Origin: Verrucomicrobiota bacterium
GTDB lineage: Bacteria > Verrucomicrobiota > Verrucomicrobiia > Limisphaerales > Palsa-1400
NCBI GenBank assembly: GCA_049510745.1
Contig: JBEKYR010000026.1
Location: forward strand, 1 to 64,000
Reading direction: 5' to 3'
DNA: 64,000 nucleotides
This document shows, piece by piece, positions 59,441 to 64,000 of the stretch (position 1 is the first letter of the stretch; every line of letters begins with the position of its first letter). The position numbers and the translations under genes were made by a program. A model generated the notes under the pieces. The model made no database searches, was not told the DNA's origin, and saw only the letters and a list, made by a program, of their open reading frames with translations.

Positions 59441-59712
59441 GCACCGGTTTTCACCATCAAAAAACGTTCCTTGGCTTCAACTTAACATGTTTATGATAAA
59501 CATATTACATATGGATCGCCATCCTTGCATCACTTGGAGAGACTGGCGGTTCTGCTGACGAAAGTGTAAACCGATTCTTGAGTTTTGCCGCCTCTTTCGC
59601 CTGCACCGGGTGAGATTTTAGATGCAACCAGTTTAATTTGAGGAACTTAGAATCAAACCGACGCGCTGTTCGCGCTGTATGTAAACGAATCCGACGAAAA
59701 ACACTCAAAATT

Positions 59713-60153
59713 TCACCGGCCCGACACGTAGGCCTGCAATTGGTCGATGGCCGCGGTTTGCGCGGAGATGATCCAATTGACCATGTCCCCGATGGAGACG
59801 AAACCCACCATCTTGCCGTTTTCCATCACGGGCAGGTGGCGGATATGCTTGTCGGTCATCAGGCGCATCGCCTCCTCGACGGTGTCCTGCGGTGTGATCG
59901 TGGCCACGTTGGTGGTCAGGATGTCGCGCACCTTTGTGGAGTGGGAGGTCTTGCCTTCCAGCGCCACTTTGCGGGTGTAATCGCGCTCGGAGAAGATGCC
60001 GATGAGCTTGTCCTCTTCCACGACGGGAAGGGCGCCGATGTTTTTTTTGGCCAGCAGTTGGATCGCTTCGAACACAGTCGCCTGGGGCGAAATGGTCCAA
60101 ACTGAGGCGCCTTTGTGGTGCAGTATGGTGCTGATGGTTCCTGTCGTTGTCAC
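59713..60153 (-). CDS. CBS domain pair protein
   Basis: IGALPVV, GIFSERDY, IRHLPV, SIGD.V; GTG at 60153. Confidence 0.9.
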   Translation of the reverse strand: MTTTGTISTILHHKGASVWTISPQATVFEAIQLLAKKNIGALPVVEEDKLIGIFSERDYTRKVALEGKTSHSTKVRDILTTNVATITPQDTVEEAMRLMTDKHIRHLPVMENGKMVGFVSIGDMVNWIISAQTAAIDQLQAYVSGR

Positions 60154-60292
60154 GATGGATTGAGTATAACACCCGGCGCGGGCAAATCCAGCAAAAAGTT
60201 CGACAGTAAAAAGTTCGCGCGTCGTGGGGCGCCATTCCGGGGATGGAAGTTTCGTTGGAAGTTGGGCTGCGGCCGCAATATGCTGGGGCGAA

Positions 60293-60709
60293 GTGACCAT
60301 TGCCGAGAAGCAGGAGCAACTGAGAGCGAAGTTAGGCGGCTTGAAATCCGCGCAGGACAGGCTGGCGTATGTCGTCGGGCGCGGCCGGGCCGCGCCGCCG
60401 TTGGAGGCGGCTTTGCGCACGGACGCGTTTCGGGTGGAAGGGTGTTTGGCGAAGGTCTGGTTCGTGGCGCAATTCGCGGAGGGCCGGTGCCAATTCCGGG
60501 CTGATTCGGATTCCGCGATCGTCAAGGGAATCGCGGTGTTGCTGTGCGAATTTTACAGCGGCCAATCGCCGGAGGAAATCGTGCGGACCAGCCCGGCGTT
60601 CCTGGAAGAATTCGGCATCACGCAACACCTGACGCCCAACCGGCGCAACAGCCTGGGAAGGATTTGGGAGAGCATCCGGGCCTGCGCCCGCAGCCACGTG
60701 AAGGACTGA
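60293..60709 (+). CDS. sufE: SufE-family Fe-S sulfur acceptor
   Basis: VEGC.AKVW, DSDSAIVKG, HLTPNRRN; GTG at 60293. Confidence 0.88.
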   Translation: MTIAEKQEQLRAKLGGLKSAQDRLAYVVGRGRAAPPLEAALRTDAFRVEGCLAKVWFVAQFAEGRCQFRADSDSAIVKGIAVLLCEFYSGQSPEEIVRTSPAFLEEFGITQHLTPNRRNSLGRIWESIRACARSHVKD

Positions 60710-61503
60710 TGCTTTACGACGCCCACAATCATTTGCAGGACGAACGGTTGAAACCGCATCTGGACGCGGTGATGGCCGCGGTGCAAGCCGAGCCGATCGC
60801 CCGGATGGTGGTCAACGGCGCCAGCGAAACGGATTGGCCGGACGTCCTTGAATTGGCGCGGCGGTTTCCACAGGTGCTGCCCTCCTTCGGCTATCACCCG
60901 TGGTACGTGAAGGAATGCACCCCGCAGTGGCGGGAAAAACTGCTCGACTTCCTGGGGCAGGCGCCGTCCGCCATCGGAGAAATCGGACTGGACCGCTGGA
61001 TCCAAGACGCCGATGTGGCGCGACAGGAGGAAGTTTTCGTCTGGCAACTGCGTCTGGCGGCGGAGCGGGATTTGCCGGCGAGCATTCATTGCCTCCGGGC
61101 CTGGGGCCGGTTGCTGGAGATCCTCCGCGCCGAGCCGCGGCCGGGCCGGGGTTTCCTGCTGCATTCCTACGGCGGCGCGCCGGAGATGATCCCGGCCCTG
61201 GCCAGGCTGGGCGCCTATTTTTCGCTGCCGGGTTATTTTGCCCACGAGCGGAAAGCCCGCCAGCGCGAAACCTTCCGCCACGTGCCGCCGGACCGGCTGC
61301 TCATCGAGACGGACGCGCCGGACCAGCCGCTGCCGGAGGAACGCAACCGTTTTCCTTTGCTTGACGCCGCCGGGAAGCCGGTCAATCATCCGGCCAATTT
61401 GGGCGCGGTCTATGAATTCGCGGCCGAATTTCTGGGCCGGCCGCTGGAGGAGCTGGCCGCGCAAGTGGAATCCAACTTTTTTCGACTCTTCGCCTTGAAA
61501 TGA
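60709..61503 (+). CDS. tatD: TatD-family hydrolase/DNase
   Basis: DAHNH, GYHPW, IGEIGLD, SIHC, LHSY, ETDAP. Confidence 0.9.
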   Translation: MLYDAHNHLQDERLKPHLDAVMAAVQAEPIARMVVNGASETDWPDVLELARRFPQVLPSFGYHPWYVKECTPQWREKLLDFLGQAPSAIGEIGLDRWIQDADVARQEEVFVWQLRLAAERDLPASIHCLRAWGRLLEILRAEPRPGRGFLLHSYGGAPEMIPALARLGAYFSLPGYFAHERKARQRETFRHVPPDRLLIETDAPDQPLPEERNRFPLLDAAGKPVNHPANLGAVYEFAAEFLGRPLEELAAQVESNFFRLFALK

Positions 61504-63725
61504 CCGACGCAAAAAAGCCGCCCGCAACCGCGCCGCCCCCGGCCAGAAATACGCCGAGGTGGATTTCCATCGCGCTGGTTGCGGTGACGCTGGCGGTTTT
61601 CTGGCCGGTGACGAACTGCCAATTTGTCAACTATGACGACACGGACTTCGTCACGGCCAACCCGCACGTGCAAGCCGGCTTGACGGCCAAGAGCTTTAAA
61701 TGGGCGTGGCAGAGCGAGGTGGCGCGCAATTGGCATCCGATCACGATGCTGACGCACATGCTGGATTGCCAATGGTTCGGACTGAAGCCGGGCTGGCCGC
61801 ACTTCGTGAACCTGCTTTACCACGCCGCCAACAGCGTGCTGCTCTTTCACCTGCTGAGACGGATGACCGGAGCGGTCTGGCGCAGCGCGGTGGTGGCGGC
61901 GTTTTTCGCGCTGCATCCCTTGCACGTGGAGTCGGTGGCGTGGGTGGCCGAGCGCAAGGACGTGCTCAGCACGTTCTTTTGGTTTTTAACGACCTGGGCC
62001 TACGTCCGCTACGCGGAGGAGTCCAAAGTTCCCGCCCCCGAAGGTTTGCGGGGCAAGGGTTCAAGGCCCAAAGTTTTCTATGCGCTGGCGGTTCTTTTCT
62101 TCGCCCTCGGATTGATGTCCAAACCGATGCTGGTCACGCTTCCATTGACGCTGCTCCTGCTGGATTACTGGCCGCTGGGACGGATGAAAACGGCCCCGGC
62201 CGGAAAAAAGGGGGCTGCGGGACCGTCCTGTTCGCGTCTGATTTTGGAAAAGATTCCCTTCTTCCTGCTCAGCGCCTGCCTGTGCGTCGTGACCTATTCC
62301 CTGCAACAACACGGCGGGACGGTCCTGGGTTTAAAGAATCTTCCCCTGGCAGACCGCCTGGGCAACGCGCTGGTTTCCTACGCGCGCTACATCGAAAAGA
62401 TGTTCTGGCCGGAGGGCCTGGCGGGCCTCTACCTCAAATCCGGCCCGTGGCCGCTCTGGCAGGTGGCTTTGGCGGCCCTGCTGCTGGCGGCGGTTTCAAC
62501 CGGAGTGATCCTGCAACTTCGCCGGCGCGCTTACCTGGCGGTGGGCTGGTTCTGGTATCTCGGCACGCTGGTGCCGGTGATCGGCCTGGTGCAAGTGGGA
62601 ATGCAGACGATGGCGGACCGCTATACGTATGTCCCGCTGATCGGGCTTTTCATCATCCTGGCGTGGGGCGGCCGGGAACTGGCCGGGGCATGGCGGGCGC
62701 CGAGGCTGGCCGCGGGCGCGGCGGCGGTGCTGCTGGCGGCGTGCGCCCTGCTGACGCGCCGGCAAATCACCTATTGGAAGGACAGCGAAACGCTGTTCAA
62801 ACGGATGATTGACGCGACGCCGAACAATTACATGGCGCACTACAACTTGGGAAATCTCTATTTGCGGGAAACGCGGACCAACGACGCGATGGCGCAGTTC
62901 ACGGCCGCGCTGGAGGGGGAGCCGAACTACGCCGACGCCCACAACAATCTCGGAGGAATTCTTCTTGACCTGAAGCGGTACGACGAGGCGCTTCACCATT
63001 ACCGGGCCGCCGTCCAGACCAATCCCGAGTATCTCCATTATTTCAACCTGGCCAACACGCTGGCGGTCGCGGCCAGCGCCCGGCACGACGCCGCCGAGTT
63101 TGCCGAGGCCGTCCAAACCTACCAGCAAGCCCTCCAGCTCAACCCCGGCTCCAGCGAAGCCCACCGCAACCTGGGCCTGACCTGGCAGTCGCAAGGCCGG
63201 GAAAGCGAGGCCCTGGCCGAGTTCGAGCAGGCGGTGCAATTGAATCCGGCTTTCACGGCCGCCCAAATGAACCTGGCCGCCGCCCTCTACCGCGCGGGAC
63301 GGCTCAGCGACGCCAGCGCACACTATAAGGCCGCGACGGAGACGGACCCCGGCTCGACGGAGGCTTGGAACGGCCTGGCCCTGTCCGACGCGATGCTGAA
63401 CCGGATGGCCGAGGCGGCGGACGCCTTCAAGGCCGTCATCCGCCTGCAACCGAACGACGCGGGCGCCCATGGCAATTTGGGCAACGCCCTGGCCGCGCAG
63501 AACAAGCTGGACGAGGCGATCCCTTTCTATTTGACGGCCCTGAAGCTCAATTCCAACGATTACCAGACGGAATTCAACCTCGCCCTGACGCTTTCGCGCC
63601 AGGGCAAGCGCGCCGGAGCGGAAGCCCATTACCGCCAGGCCCTGCGCATCAACCCGAATTACAGCGAAGCGCAAAGGGCCTTGAGCGATCTGCAGAACGG
63701 CGGGGGCGCGAGTCGGCCGCCTTGA
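61500..63725 (+). CDS. TMTC-like polytopic membrane protein (GT-C-like) with TPR array
   Basis: NYDD, WHPIT, HPLHVESVAWVAERKD, ADRYTY, then many TPRs. Confidence 0.85.
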   Translation: MTDAKKPPATAPPPARNTPRWISIALVAVTLAVFWPVTNCQFVNYDDTDFVTANPHVQAGLTAKSFKWAWQSEVARNWHPITMLTHMLDCQWFGLKPGWPHFVNLLYHAANSVLLFHLLRRMTGAVWRSAVVAAFFALHPLHVESVAWVAERKDVLSTFFWFLTTWAYVRYAEESKVPAPEGLRGKGSRPKVFYALAVLFFALGLMSKPMLVTLPLTLLLLDYWPLGRMKTAPAGKKGAAGPSCSRLILEKIPFFLLSACLCVVTYSLQQHGGTVLGLKNLPLADRLGNALVSYARYIEKMFWPEGLAGLYLKSGPWPLWQVALAALLLAAVSTGVILQLRRRAYLAVGWFWYLGTLVPVIGLVQVGMQTMADRYTYVPLIGLFIILAWGGRELAGAWRAPRLAAGAAAVLLAACALLTRRQITYWKDSETLFKRMIDATPNNYMAHYNLGNLYLRETRTNDAMAQFTAALEGEPNYADAHNNLGGILLDLKRYDEALHHYRAAVQTNPEYLHYFNLANTLAVAASARHDAAEFAEAVQTYQQALQLNPGSSEAHRNLGLTWQSQGRESEALAEFEQAVQLNPAFTAAQMNLAAALYRAGRLSDASAHYKAATETDPGSTEAWNGLALSDAMLNRMAEAADAFKAVIRLQPNDAGAHGNLGNALAAQNKLDEAIPFYLTALKLNSNDYQTEFNLALTLSRQGKRAGAEAHYRQALRINPNYSEAQRALSDLQNGGGASRPP

Positions 63726-63807
63726 TGCTGTGTCGCGGCGGACGCCTCACCTGGCGAAATTTCGGGTGCTTGCGTCGAAGGACGCACTGTATTTAAATGG
63801 CATTCCG

Positions 63808-64000
63808 ATGGCTTACGAATCAATCGATCAGTTGCAGAAGGCCCTGGCGAGCAGCGTCTTTGGACACACCGAAGACCGGAAAAAAGCCGCGGGGCGGGCC
63901 TTGGGCACGTTAGTTGAAATCGTGACGTATTACCTGCTCAAGCAGTGGGGGTTAAGCCACTGCATCGCCATCGAGAGAGGCCTGCCGGAGTATAAGAATC
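63808..64000 (+). CDS. Partial ORF, possibly a restriction endonuclease-like protein (runs off the window)
   Basis: MAYESIDQLQKAL...KKAAGRALGTLVEIVTYY; the G...E helix is reminiscent of type II restriction enzymes. Confidence 0.4.
   Translation, partial: MAYESIDQLQKALASSVFGHTEDRKKAAGRALGTLVEIVTYYLLKQWGLSHCIAIERGLPEYKN

Overview
A 64 kb, mostly high-GC bacterial chromosomal segment, most consistent with Verrucomicrobiota (probably Pedosphaerales/Limisphaerales-like). The evidence is a VPDSG-CTERM-type sorting signal, a WD40 Ser/Thr kinase, extended ECF sigma factors and many apparently leaderless genes. It mixes housekeeping genes (argB/D/F, leuD, parB, def, uxaC/uxaE, pseudouridine synthases, sufE, tatD, a PhoBR-like pair, tRNA-Glu) with accessory material. 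The accessory material includes a sigma54-driven fliW-csrA-mini-flagellin-giant glycosyltransferase locus, an IS66 remnant, several toxin-antitoxin modules, low-GC orphan genes, and a decayed islet beside tRNA-Glu. The three best leads are: (1) a tightly coupled operon of a secreted beta-propeller, a non-canonical HemN-like radical SAM enzyme, a chorismate-lyase-like protein and a flavin-dependent halogenase-like enzyme; (2) a 30-nt palindromic element present three times, each looking like a clean insertion, once in-frame in a kinase tail; (3) a flagellin-C-terminus-only protein overlapping csrA. All assignments come from motif recognition by eye. No searches were run and GC statements are visual estimates.
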